A stretch of DNA of 64,000 bases, from NCBI RefSeq assembly GCF_044704955.1, contig NC_091995.1, positions 51,460,001-51,524,000 on the forward strand, in the 5' to 3' direction. Every line of letters starts with the position of its first letter. The first letter of the stretch is position 1. Origin of the DNA: Pristiophorus japonicus. Its lineage: Eukaryota. Of the stretch, positions 24,165 to 35,900 are shown in pieces. The position numbers were made by a program, and so were the translations under genes. The notes below the pieces were generated by a model, which saw only the letters and a program-made list of their open reading frames with translations, did not search any database and had not been told where the DNA came from.

Positions 24165-25520
24165 CAAAAGCAAAATGCTGCGGACGCTGGAAGTTGAAAT
24201 AAGAACAGAAAACGCTGGAAATCTCAGCGGGCCAGGCAATATCTGTGGAGAGAGAAACCGAGTTAACGTTTCGGGTCGATGATCCTTCATCAGAATTGGT
24301 GAATGTTCGAACTGACAGAGTCTCATAGAGCACTGAAAGGAGGAGGGGAGAAAAGAACAAAGGGGACGATATGTGATAGGGTGGAAGACAGGAGAGATTA
24401 GAGAGACAAAAGTGATGATGAGCCGAATTGAGATGGTAATAGAAGTTAGAAAGACATCAGTTTAGATAGGGTGTGAATAGAAGGATAATTATCAGCTGCC
24501 ATGGGAAACAGACAGAAACATTTTACATAAGATCGGGAGGGGTATTAAAAAAGGAGGAAAGAGAGCAAAATTGTTTCAAATTGTTGAACTCGATGTTGAG
24601 TTCAGAAGGCTGTAAAATGCCTAAATGAAGGATGGGATGCTGTTCCTAGAGCTTGTATTGAGCTTCATTTGAACAGCACAGGAGGCCGAGGACAGAGATG
24701 TTGGAGGGTGAGTGGAGCAGGGAATTAAAGTGACAGGAGGCCGGAAGCTCAGAGTCACACTTGCAGACTAAATGGAGGTGTTCCACAAAGCAGTCACCCA
24801 ATCTGTGTTTGTCTCCCCAGTGTAAAATAGACCACATCATGAGTTGCGAATACAGTCGACTAAATTGAAAGAAGTACAAGTAAATCGCTGTTTCACCTGG
24901 ATGAGTATTTGGTGCCCTGGACAGTAGGAATGGAGGAGGTAAAAGGGCAGGTGTTGCATCTCCTGCGCTTTCATGAGAAGGTGCCATGGGAAGGCGAGGG
25001 GGTGCTAGGGATGACTGTGGAATGGACCAGAGTGTCGCAGAGGGAGTGGTCCCTTCGGCATGCTGAGAGGGGAGGAGAGGGGAAGACGTGATTGCTGTGA
25101 GATCACGCTGGAGGTGGCGGAAATGGTGCAGGATGATCTGTTGAATGTGGATGCTAGTGAGGAGAAAGGTGTGGACAAGGGGAACCCTGTCGTGATTCTG
25201 AGAGGGAGGGGAAGGGGTGAGAACAGAGGTCCTGGATATAGAACAGACATGGTCGAGGGCCATGTTTACCAGGGTGGACGGGAATCCTTGGTTGAGGAAA
25301 AGGGAAGAAATGTCAGAGCACTAATGTGGAAGTTGGCATTGTCAGAGCAGATGCGATGGAGATGGAGAAACTGGCAGAATGGAATGGAGTCCTTACAGGA
25401 AGCAGGGTGTGAGGAAGTGTAGCTGTGGGAGACAGTGAGCTTACAGTGAAGATTTGTCAATAGCCTATCCCCAGAAATGTAGAGAGAGAAGTCGAGGAAG
25501 GGAAAGGAAGATTCGAAGAT
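24165..25520 (-). mobile_element. Penelope-like element 3' part (RT C-terminus, GIY-YIG endonuclease, terminal repeat)
   Basis: Minus strand encodes FTCTSFNLV..I.....GLFYTGET..RLGDCFVEHL and HPASCKDSIPFCQF (frameshifted). Confidence 0.85.
24259..24297 (-). ncRNA. Minimal hammerhead ribozyme motif in the Penelope terminal region
   Basis: Minus strand CTGATGA-AGGATC-ATC-GACCC-GAAA-CGTT: both catalytic boxes, an imperfect stem II and a palindromic AACGTT in place of helix III. Confidence 0.65.
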
Positions 25521-26385
25521 TGAGGTAGTTCATTTTGGTAGCAGGAATAAGGAGGTGAATTATTAATTGGAAGGTAGAAACTAAATAGGGTAGAGGAGCA
25601 AAGTGATCTGGAAATGCACAAACCACTAAAAGTAGCAACGCAAGCGGATAAGATGACAACAAATGCAAACAAAGTACTGGGTTAATTTCTAGCAGAATGA
25701 ATAGAACATAAAACAACGAGGCAATGTTAAATTTGTATAGCGTCTTGGTTAGACCAGACGTGGAGTACTGTGGGCAGTTCTGATCTCCATGCTACAAAAA
25801 GCATATTGAAGCACTGGGGAAAGTACAGCAAATATTTGCAAGAATGTTATCAGAATTGGGAGGATGCATCTATCAGGAAGGATTGGACTAGGCTGGGGCT
25901 GCTTTCTTCGACACACAAGGGATTAAGCAAAACATTTCGGAGGCATTTCCATACATGCAGACTGATGAGAATGTGGAACTCACTGCCACGTGGAATGGTT
26001 GAAGCAGAGAGCATTACTTTATTTAAGAATGGACTTGATGCATACCTGAGGGAGAAGGGAATAAATGGATATATCGGGGCAGGGTGGACAGAAGTAATTA
26101 GATTAGGATAACACCCCTATGGAGTATAACCACCAGATAGACCAGTTAGGTGAATGGCCTATTCCTCTGTTGAAGATTCTATTTAACATGTAATTTTATA
26201 TAAACGGTTCAGACAAATGGATGCAGAAAATTGGTGGAGCCAACTCAGGGCACTGGCTAATGGAGGAGTAATTGGATTTGATTTGATATCAAATTTATTT
26301 CTGTACGAATGTACAATAACTGACACATAAGGAACAAGTTTAGAGTTAAATGGATCATGAAATAATTGTTCTGTCCCAGAAAACG

Positions 26386-26560
26386 GGGAAGTTCCGTAAA
26401 AACTTTTATTGAGGATGTTCTACAAATGGAATACTAATTCTTTCGGAGGAAGTGAAACTACAAGAGGAAGAGCCTCCAGGTGTGAATCATCCTCAGGGCC
26501 CACAGTCACATCTGTGTCACAAAACCTAGGGCTCGCATTGGGAAAAATAATATTATAAAA
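26386..26560 (+). promoter_or_regulatory. MHC-type promoter module: kappaB, ISRE/EICE, X-like box, Y box, TATA
   Basis: GGGAAGTTCC 26386-26395; GGAAGTGAAACT 26448-26459 (reverse complement AGTTTCACTTCC); CACAGTCACATCTGTGTCA 26501-26519; ATTGG 26537-26541; TATAAAA 26554-26560. Confidence 0.5.
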
Positions 26561-26850
26561 TGTTGATTTCTTGATACACAGACTAGCACATGCATAAAAT
26601 GTCATTTTCACCCAAGGGACCTTGGGAGTCGATAGGAAAGTGGAAACATGGGAAAGTTAGAAAAGTTTGTGGTACAATTTTGTTTTTAAAGAGTTATAAA
26701 GTTGCTGGGAGAAATGTTAACAGGCCTCGTCCCCTGTTTTGGTGTTTACTCTTTCTCTTTGAATTTCCCTTCACATTTTGTGACCTCACCCTCCTCTAGG
26801 GGATGAGATACCTGATGAGGAGATCGAGTTCCGCGGGTGCCTGCGACCTT

Positions 26851-29800
26851 TCCCATTTCTGTGATGAGACTGAATACTGGTGAGGGTGATGGTTCCGCTG
26901 GGGATTACAGCCAGAGCCAAGTACATGACATCACGGGTGGCTCAGCTGGTGGAGGGGAGGAGAACGATTGTGAAAGCAATTGTAATTCGAGATTGGATAG
27001 TTAGGGGAACAGACAGCTGTTTCTGTGGCCGCAGACCTGATTCCAAGAGGGTATGTTCCCTCCCTGGTGCCAGATCCAAGGATGTCCCTGAGCGGCTGCA
27101 GAACATATCTGAGGGGGGAGGTCATGGTCAGTGTTGGTATCAACGACATAGTTAGAAAGTGCGATGAGGTCCTTCAGGCAGATTTTAGGGAGGTAGGAGA
27201 GAGATTATAAAGTAGGACCTCAAAGGTAGTAATCTCTGGATTACTCCCAGTGCCACCAGCTAGTGAGTATAGAAATAGAAGGATAGGACAGATGAATGAG
27301 TGGCTGTAGAGATGGTGCAGGAGGGAAGGCATTAGATTTCTAGGACATTGGGACTGGTTCTGGGGGACGTCGGACCTGTATAGGCTGGACGAGTTGCACC
27401 TCAACAGAGCTGGGACCAATGCCCTCGCAGGGGAGAGGGCGGAGGCGGGGAGGGCTGCTAATGCTGTTGGGGAGGGTGTAAACTAATTTGGCAGGAGGAT
27501 GGGTGCCATGATATAGCACGAGAAATGAGAAACAAGGTCCACAAAGGATTGGGAGAGACAGGTAACACTAGAGTAAGAACTAGGACAGTATTAGGTGGGG
27601 TCACAATAAGGGAGAATACAAGAATGTCTAAAATAGGTTCACAGTGCATGTGTGTAAATGAACAAAGAGTGGTAAATAAGGCTGGTGAGCTGCAGGCACA
27701 AATAGACATATGGGGATATGATGTCGTGGCAATAATGATGACGTGGCTCAAAAGAGGATATGATTGGGTACTAAATATATCTAGATATAACGTGTTCAGG
27801 AAAGAACGGGAAGAAAAGAATGGAGGGGGCTGGCAGTATTGATTAATTGAATATTACAGTGCTGGAGAAATAAGATGTCCTGGTGAGCTCCAGGACAGAA
27901 TCTATTTGCTTAAAGTTGAAAAACAATTGAGATGCCATTACGCTACTAAGTATATTATGTAGGCCACCAACGAGTGAGAAGGAGATAGGAGCACATTTTC
28001 AGGGAAATTAAGGAGATATGCAAGAACTATAGAATAGAGATAATTGTGGATTTCAACTAATCTAACATAGACTATGATATCAATAGTGTAAAGGGCAAAA
28101 ATGGAAGAATTTCTGAAGTGTGTTCAGGAGAACTTTTTTGATCAATACATTTCCAGCTCAATAAGGAAGAAGGCATTGCTTGATCTTGGTCTGGTGAGGG
28201 AGTTGGGTCATGTAGAGCAAGTGTCAGTAGGGTAATATTTAGGGCACAGTGGTTGCCATGTCACAAGGTTTAGAATAGCTATGGAAAAGGACAGGGAACA
28301 ATCTGGTGTAAATATACTTAATTGGAGGAAGGTCAATTTCCGTGAGTTGAGAATGGATCTGGCCTGGGTAAATTGGAATCAAAGATTGACAGGCAAAACT
28401 GTAGTCAAACAAAGGGCTGCCTTTAAAGATGAGATGGTTCAGATACAGTTGAGATACATTTTAACGAGGAGAATAGTTAGGGCAACCAAAGCCAGAGCTC
28501 CCTGGATGACGAAAGAGATAGAGTAAGATGAAGCAGAAAAAGGGGGCGTATGACAGATATCAGGTTGAGAATACAAGTGAAAACCAGGCTGAATACAGAT
28601 AGTTCAGTGGGGAGATGAAAAAGTAAATCAGGGGGGCAACGAGAGAATAAGGGAAGAGATTGGCAGTTAACATAAAAGGGAATCAAAAAGTCTTCAATAG
28701 TCGTATAACTAGTAAACAGGTAGTAAGAGAAGGAGTGGGGCCTATTAGGGACCACAATGGAGACCTAGCATGGAGGCAGAGGGCATGGCCGAGTTGCTAA
28801 ATTAGCACTTTGCATCTGACTTTTCCAATGAAGAAGATGCTACCAAAGTCATAGAGCAAGAGGAGGTAGTTGAGATACTGGATGGGATAAAAATTGATCA
28901 AGAGGAGGTTCTAGAATGGCTGGCTGTACTTAAAGTAGGTAACCACTAGGACCAGATGGGAAGCATTCTAGGATGCTGATACTGGTAAAGTTGGAAATTG
29001 TGGAGGTACTGGACATAATCCTTCAATCCTCGTTAGATATGGGAGTGTTGCTAGAGATCTGGAGCATTGCAAACGTTCAAAAAAGGGTACAAGGAGAAAC
29101 CCAGCAACTACAGGCCAGTCAGTTTAACCTCGGTAGTGGGGAAGCTTTTAGAAATGATAGTCCGGGACAAAATTAACAGTCACTTGGACAAATGTGGATA
29201 CATTAAGGAAATTCAGCACGGATTTGTAAAAGGCAAATAGTGTTTAACTAACCTGATTGAGTTTGTTGATGAGGTAACAGAGGTGGTTGATGATGGCACT
29301 GCGGTTGATGTGGTGTACATGGACTTCCAAAAGGCATTTGACGAAATGCCAAGTAACAGAATTGCCAGCAAGTTGAAGCCCAAAGGGACACTGGCAGCAT
29401 GGATACAAAATTGCCTAAATGACAGGAGACAGAGAGTAGTGGTGAACGGTTGTTTATTGGACTGGACATGGTATAAAGTGATGTTCCCCAAGGGTCTGTA
29501 CTAGGACCACTGCTTTTTTGATATATATTAATGACTTAGACTTGGGTGTACAAGGCACAATCTCAACATTTTATAGATGACACAAAACTTGTAAATATAG
29601 TGAACAGTGAGGAGGATAGTGATAGACTTCAAGAGGACATATGTAGTCTGGTGGAATCACGGGGCAGCTGAAATTTAACGCAGTAAAGTGTGAAATGATA
29701 TATTTTGGATGAACGAATGAGGGGAGGACATATAAACTAAATGGTGCGATCCTAAAGGGAGTACATTGACGGAGTGACCAGTGGTATATGTGCACAAATC

Positions 29801-31312
29801 ATTGAAGGTGACAGGGCAGGGTGAGAAAGACGTTAAAAAGCTTACGGGATCATGGGCTTGATAAATGAAGGCATAGAGTACAAAAGTTATGATAAACTTT
29901 TATAAAACACTGGTTCGGCCTCAACTGGAGCACTGTGTCCAATTGTGGTACAGCACTTTATGAAGGACGTGAAGGCCTCCGAGAGGGTGGGGATTGGGAC
30001 TAGCTGAAGTGCTCTTGCAGAGAGCCGGCACGGGCTCAATGGACTGAATGGCTTCCGTCTGTGCTGTAACCATTCTATGATTGTATCTTCACGGTTTAGG
30101 GACAGTCCTTGACAACCAGTGACGGATCCACATGTTTTAGTACGATTGGACGGTGAGCTCCTGCAGCGACCACATATGAGTGAAGCTGGACTCGGGTCCA
30201 TTCAAAGCGCTCAGTCTCGGCCTGTAACTGGGAGAGGTGGCGAGCGGACGGGACGGCATGTTTCTGTCACTTGTACTGAACGTCCACCACCTACAAGCGG
30301 CCCTGTCTGGTGAGTAGCTGGTTCCCGCTGCACTATTCAATGTCTACAGACTCACCCTCTGATCTTAGACTGGGACGGGCTGGCCTGTGGGTTACATCAG
30401 GTGTTTCACAAAGGGAGACGGGTTAGTGTGTGCGGCAGTGAAGCGATGGAGCCGGATTGCAATCTACATCCTGTTTCTCAGCCTCGCCTCTCTCTTTGGT
30501 TGGATTAGATGGTGTCCATCACTGTCCAGACAGCCTGACATTGCCGCCCAGTTATTGGGGCAGCTTCTGTGTTGACCCTGACCAGCCGGAGGGGGACTGA
30601 CAGTGTGTGCCCGCACAGCGGGCTTGCGGGTAGGGAAGTGTCAGTATAACTGCGATCCCAGTCCCGGCCTGACCCCCCGAGTGACCAGGAGCCCAGCGGC
30701 GAGACTCCTGCAGGAACGTGGCTCGGTCACTTCGAGTTCACACTCCAGCCGGCGGGAAGCTGCACTTTAAAAGCTTCATTGTACCACTTGGGAACTTGAA
30801 AACCTTTTAAACCTCCCGATCAATGAGACAAATCATTAAACATACAGGGGGAGGGATTGATTTTAATCCCAGGGGAACCGGTGACAGCGACCCGGGAACC
30901 TCTTTTACACCTTCCGATTCGCGTCAGGATGAAGCTTTGAGGCGACTCGTACAGGTTCTGGTGAAGTTTGATCTCTCAGGTTTACCCATCTGTTTCTCTC
31001 AGACTGACCCGCTGCATATTTGCAACATTTGCTGCTTTGATCAGATTCCCATCATGTGCAGTTCCACTCGGGGAATGTTGACTCTGTGGATGGGGTAAAG
31101 TGGGCGACAGCGAGACCCGCCCATTTCCCATCTTTCTCCCCGTTTCCCCCTTCTGTTGAATCCAATGGTAGTAACACCCTGAAGCAATATAAAAGGGGCT
31201 CACACTTCCTGCGCCTGAATGGCCACATTGAACAATCCATCTCCTGTGTCTGCACAGATAACACCAGTTCCAAAATGCTGCACGTTTGAATGGAAACAAC
31301 ATTTGATCTCAG
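26851..31312 (+). pseudogene. Highly divergent MHC class I-like relic (alpha1 split by a CR1: 26851-26865 plus 30082-30309; alpha2-like 31045 to about 31312)
   Basis: Rejoined flanks read SHFCDCIFTV. Then VRLDGELL, WE(R)VASG, FLSLVLNVH and a phase-1 donor G|GTGAGT at 30310. Acceptor tttgatcag at 31044 is followed by (D)SHHVQFHSG (the HxxQxxxG alpha2 start). Confidence 0.4.
26866..30081 (+). mobile_element. Older, long CR1 (ORF1 esterase part plus ORF2), heavily decayed
   Basis: AIVIRDWIVRGTD...CSLPGA (esterase), VDVVYMDFQKAFD (RT), CATTCTATGAT tail. Confidence 0.9.
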
Positions 31313-31314
31313 GT

Positions 31315-31495
31315 ATAAAAACAGAAAATGTTGGAAATCTAAGCGGGTCAGGCAGCATCTGTGGGGAGTGAAACAGATTTAACGATTCAGGTCGATGAGA
31401 CTTCGTCAGAACCACAGATGCTGCCTGACCCGCTGAGATTTTCAGCATTTTCTGTTTTTATTTCAGGTTCCAGATCCACACTGTTTTGCTTTTTT
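31315..31495. mobile_element. Short palindromic Penelope-derived insertion with a 14-bp TSD
   Basis: Arms 31316-31364 and 31412-31460 are inverted and similar to 24198-24250. Flanked by atttgatctcaggt (31301-31314) and atttaatctcaggt (31496-31509). Confidence 0.8.
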
Positions 31496-31664
31496 ATTTA
31501 ATCTCAGGTCCCAGCACACCGTTAAAAGCTAAAATCTTTCACGTTGAGAAATTAGATTTACCTGACAGATGTCCAACTCTTAACTGAATGTTTAATATAT
31601 AATAACGTGATTCGATATTTGTCATTTTCAAATATCTCAGAGTATTTTCATTCGAGAATAAACC

Positions 31665-32500
31665 AGGGAAGAAGAGAGAGGGAGATAGAGAAGGAGAGCG
31701 GGAGAAAAATACAGGAAAAAAAAGAGATCGTGAGAAAGAATGAGAGGCACAAATATAAGGATGAAATAAAAAGGAGCGATTCATTGAGGGAAAGAAATAG
31801 ATAGAAATGAAGAGAGACACAATGAAAGTCAGAGAGATAGAGACAGGGAAAGAGAAAATGATAGAGACACAGATAAAAAGATATGGACAGCAGAGAGAGA
31901 GAAAGAGAAAGGGACAGTAATGTGTGTGAGAGAGACATGAGGAAAGAGGGAGAGAGAGAGTGATAACGAGAATGAGACATGGATAAAGACAGGGACTGAG
32001 AGAGAACGTGAAATAGAAACAGAGTGAGAGAGAGGGAAGGAGAGACAGAGAAAGAGAGGTAAAGAGAGAGAGAGGGAGACGGAGAGAGAGAGAGAGAAGG
32101 ACAGACATATAGAGAGACAGGGAGAGTGAGGGAAACAAAGACAGAGACAGGTACAGAGAGGGAAAGATGAAGGAACAGAGTGAAAGAGACAGGGAGAAAA
32201 AGAGAGAGAGAGAGACAGAGAGACGAAAGAGGGAGAGAGAGAAAGAGAGAGAGAAGAGACAGAGAGACGAGAGAGAGAGAGAAGAGACAAGAGAGAGAAN
32301 NNNNNNNNNNNNNNNNNNNNNNNNNNNNNNNNNNNNNNNNNNNNNNNNNNNNNNNNNNNNNNNNNNNNNNNNNNNNNNNNNNNNNNNNNNNNNNNNNNNN
32401 NNNNNNNNNNNNNNNNNNNNNNNNNNNNNNNNNNNNNNNNNNNNNNNNNNNNNNNNNNNNNNNNNNNNNNNNNCGAGAGAGAGAGAGAGAAGAGACATCG
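31665..32500. repeat. GA-rich simple repeat containing an assembly gap (N 32300-32473)
   Basis: (GA)n-like tract and 174 N. Confidence 0.97.
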
Positions 32501-32519
32501 AGAGACCCTGTGACATTCT

Positions 32520-32786
32520 ACAAACCAGGGATCTATTTCCGGCCCCGGTGAGAGGGAGTCTGTAACAGTTACAGGACTCCGTAAACCAGGGATACATTCC
32601 CGGCCCCGGTCTGAGCGAGTCTGTAACAGTTACAGGACTCCGTAAACCAGCGATACATTCCAGGCCCGGTCTGAGGGAGTCTGTAACAGTTACAGGACTC
32701 AATAAACCAGCGACACATTCCAGGCCTGGTCTGAGCGAGTCTGTAACAGTTACAGGACTCAGTAAACCAGCGATACATTCCAGGCC
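32520..32786. repeat. 60-bp minisatellite (about 4.5 copies)
   Basis: Unit gtctgtaacagttacaggactccgtaaaccagcgatacattccaggcccggtctgagcga. Confidence 0.93.
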
Positions 32787-32924
32787 ATAGCAATGCGGAA
32801 ACTGGAAATATGAGCACCAACTGAAAATTCTAAAGATACTCAGCACTCCTGCACCATGAGTGGAGAGATAAGGATAGTCTAGAAACTCAGCAATCAACTA
32901 TGATATAAACTGCAGTAAAATTAT

Positions 32925-35900
32925 TGTAAAGTCCTGACCCTGCAGTACAGACTTACACGAGGCACATGCTGAAGTCAAGGTCACTCTGGACCTGCACCTT
33001 TATTTCCCAGCTCTCGAGTGCCACACTTGCCTGAGACCTGCCTTTATATACCTGTGTGGAACAGGTATGCAGTGTCTCCTGCAAGTGCACCCCTGGTGAT
33101 AAAGTATGCTTGTGGTTACAGGTCATATCTAGTTACAGTCATGTATAGCATGGTAAGATACAGTTATATACAGTACTGTGAGATACATGACATCACCCTC
33201 CCCCAAGGTCTTATTTTCTTTATAGATTCAGTCTCTCAGGTGGTCTATGCTCTCGCGTGGAGTGTCTTAGTTGTGGTTCAGTTGTTTGCCTTGGTGCCTG
33301 TTTTTCTTTCGGTGTGATTGCTGGTATCTCGCCTGGGCTGCCTGTTTCATTCAGCATGATTGCTGGTATCTCGCCTGGGCTGTCTGTTGAGACTGCCCTT
33401 TCCTCAGGTTATTCCCTCTGTCTGTCCATCAGGTGTGGTGTGAGTTCCACATTGTAGTCTGCCTCTGGTTCTGCAGTGTTGTTGGTGAATCTACTTTTTA
33501 CTTGGTCTACATGCCTCTGGCAGGTTTGGCCATTGTCCATTTGTACAACAAGCAGCCTGTTTCCTTCCTTGCCTGTTACTGTCCCTGCAAGCCATTTGGG
33601 ACCCCTGCCATAGCTTAGCACAGACACTTTGTCCCCTATCTCATTCCACCTCCTCCTTGAATTTCGGTCATGGTACTCAGTTAGCTTCCGGCGTTTTGCC
33701 TCAACAATATCATGCATGTCTGGGAGGATTAACGAGAGCCTAGTCTTTAAGGTCCGTTTCATCAATAGTTGCACAGGGGTAATCCCAGTCAACGAATGCG
33801 GACAAGATCTGTATGCCAGCAGCAGTCGCGACTGGTGGCTCTGCAGCGTAGGACCTTGGATTTTTAGCATGCCTTGTTAAACGAATTGCACTGCTCGCTC
33901 CACCTGGCCATTGGAGGCTGGCTTGAATGGTGCCGTCTTAACGTGATTTATGCCGTGGTCAACTATAAAATCTTGAAATTCTGCATTGGTGAAGCAGGGA
34001 CCATTATCACTGAACAATATGTCAGGAATTACGTGCATTTGCAAACATGGTTCTAAGGCTCTCCACAGTGGTGAAGGTGGTGCTTGAGTTTAAAATGGTG
34101 CACTAGATCCACTTTGAAAATGCATCGACGACTACGAGGAACATTTTGCCTATGAATGAGCCCACATAGTCTACATGTACCTGCGACCACGGTTTGGTGG
34201 GCCAGGGCCAGGGGCTTAGGGCGGCCTCCCTGGGGGCATTACTGAGTTGGGCACAAATGGTGCACCGCCTGACGCAGAGCTCCAAATCCACGTCAATGCC
34301 AGGCCACCAGATGTGGGATTTGGCTAAGGCCTTCATAAGGATGATCCCCGGGTGCTCGCGGTGGAGCTCCCTGACAAACGCCGTTCAGCCTCGCAAGGGC
34401 ATAACTACTCGGCTGCCCCACATCAGGCAGTCTGCCTGTAATGATAGTTCAAGCATGCACCTATGGAAAGGTTTGATCTCCTCGGGGCAGGCATCGTGAG
34501 CCTCTTCCTAGTCACCAGTTAAAACACATTTTTTGACTAAGGATAACGTGGTGTCGGTGGTCGTCCAGGCTCTGATTTGGCGAGCCGTCATGGGCGAACC
34601 TGTGGATTCAAAGGCATTGATTGCCATGACCATCTCACAGTCCTGTTCGTCGGACTCTTCCATAGTCGCCAGGGGTAGCCTGCTAAGCACGTCGGCACAG
34701 TTGTCTGTGCCTGGTCTGTGTCTTATTGTGTAGTCGTAAGATGCCAGCATGAGTGCCCACCGCTGAATACGCGCCGAGGTTTTGGCATTTATTGCCTTGC
34801 TCTCGGATAGCAGGGATGTGAGGGGTTTGTGGTCGGTTTCTAACGCAAACTTGGCTCTGAAAAGGTATTGGTGCATCTTTTTGACACCGTACATGCATGC
34901 GAGCGCCTCCTTCTCAACCATACCGTACCCGTGCTCCGCCCGCGAAAGTGACCTGGAGGCATAAGCAATGGGTTGTAATTTACCCGCATCATTGACATGC
35001 TGTAAAACGCACCCGACTCCGTATGCTAACACATCACATGTAAGAACTAGCTTTTTACCTGAGTCAAAAAAGGCTAAAACACTGTTGGAACATAGAAAGT
35101 TGCGTGCATTATTGAAGGCGCGTACTTGGGTGTCCCCCCAAAACCAATCGCACCCCTTTCTGAGTAGCACGTGGAGAGGCTCCAGCAGCATGCTCAAGTT
35201 CTGCATAAAGTTCTCAAAGTAATTGAGTAGCCCGAGAAAGGCGCGCAGTTCCGAGACATTCCGGGGCCTGGGTGCCAGACAAATTGCTTCGGTTTTGGAT
35301 TCTGTTGGGCGGATTCCATCAACGGCAATCCTTCTGCCCAAAAATTCAACCTCGGGCGCGAGAAACAGACACTTGGATTTCTTAACTCTTAGGCCTACCC
35401 GATCCAATCGACTTTGTACTTCCTCCAAATTGCGGAGATTGGAGTTGGTGTCCCTGCCCGTGATGAGTATGTCATCTTCAAACACAACTGTCCCCGGGAT
35501 GGACTTGAGCAGACTCTCCATGTTGTGCTGGAATATTGCAGCTGGCGACCTGATGCCGACTGGGCATCGATTGTACATAAAAAGACCTCGATATGTGTTG
35601 ATGGTGGTGAGTAGCTTAGACTCTTTGGTCAGTTCTTGCGTCATATATGCAGATGTGAGGTCTAGTTTCGAGAAAAGTTTTCATCCAGCCAATGTGGCAA
35701 ACAGGTCCTCCGCTCTGGGCAGCGGGTATTGGTCCTGTAGGGAGACTCTGTTTATGGTAGACTTGTAATCCCCACAGATTCGTACAGGTCCATCAGGCTT
35801 CATGACGGGAATGATAGGACTTGCCCAGTCGCTAAATTCCACGGGTGAGATAATGCCTTTCCGCAGAAGCCGGTCCAGTTCATGTTCAATCTTTTCCTTC

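Larger units (their letters stand above)
23780..26180 (+). mobile_element. Old CR1 remnant interrupted by a Penelope element
   Basis: CR1 RT-like text breaks at gtgaggtaatac (about 24153) and resumes at ttgaggtagttcattttgg (about 25520). Confidence 0.7.

Noticed and set aside
26714-26782. EPCR-like signal peptide (MLTGLVP/LFWCLLFLF..TFC)
   Set aside because: Needs a frameshift, has no donor, and the same bases read equally well as a polypyrimidine tract before the TAG at 26797-26799.
31539-32897. 452-aa ORF and overlapping ORFs
   Set aside because: Run through GA repeats, an N gap and a minisatellite; not real proteins.
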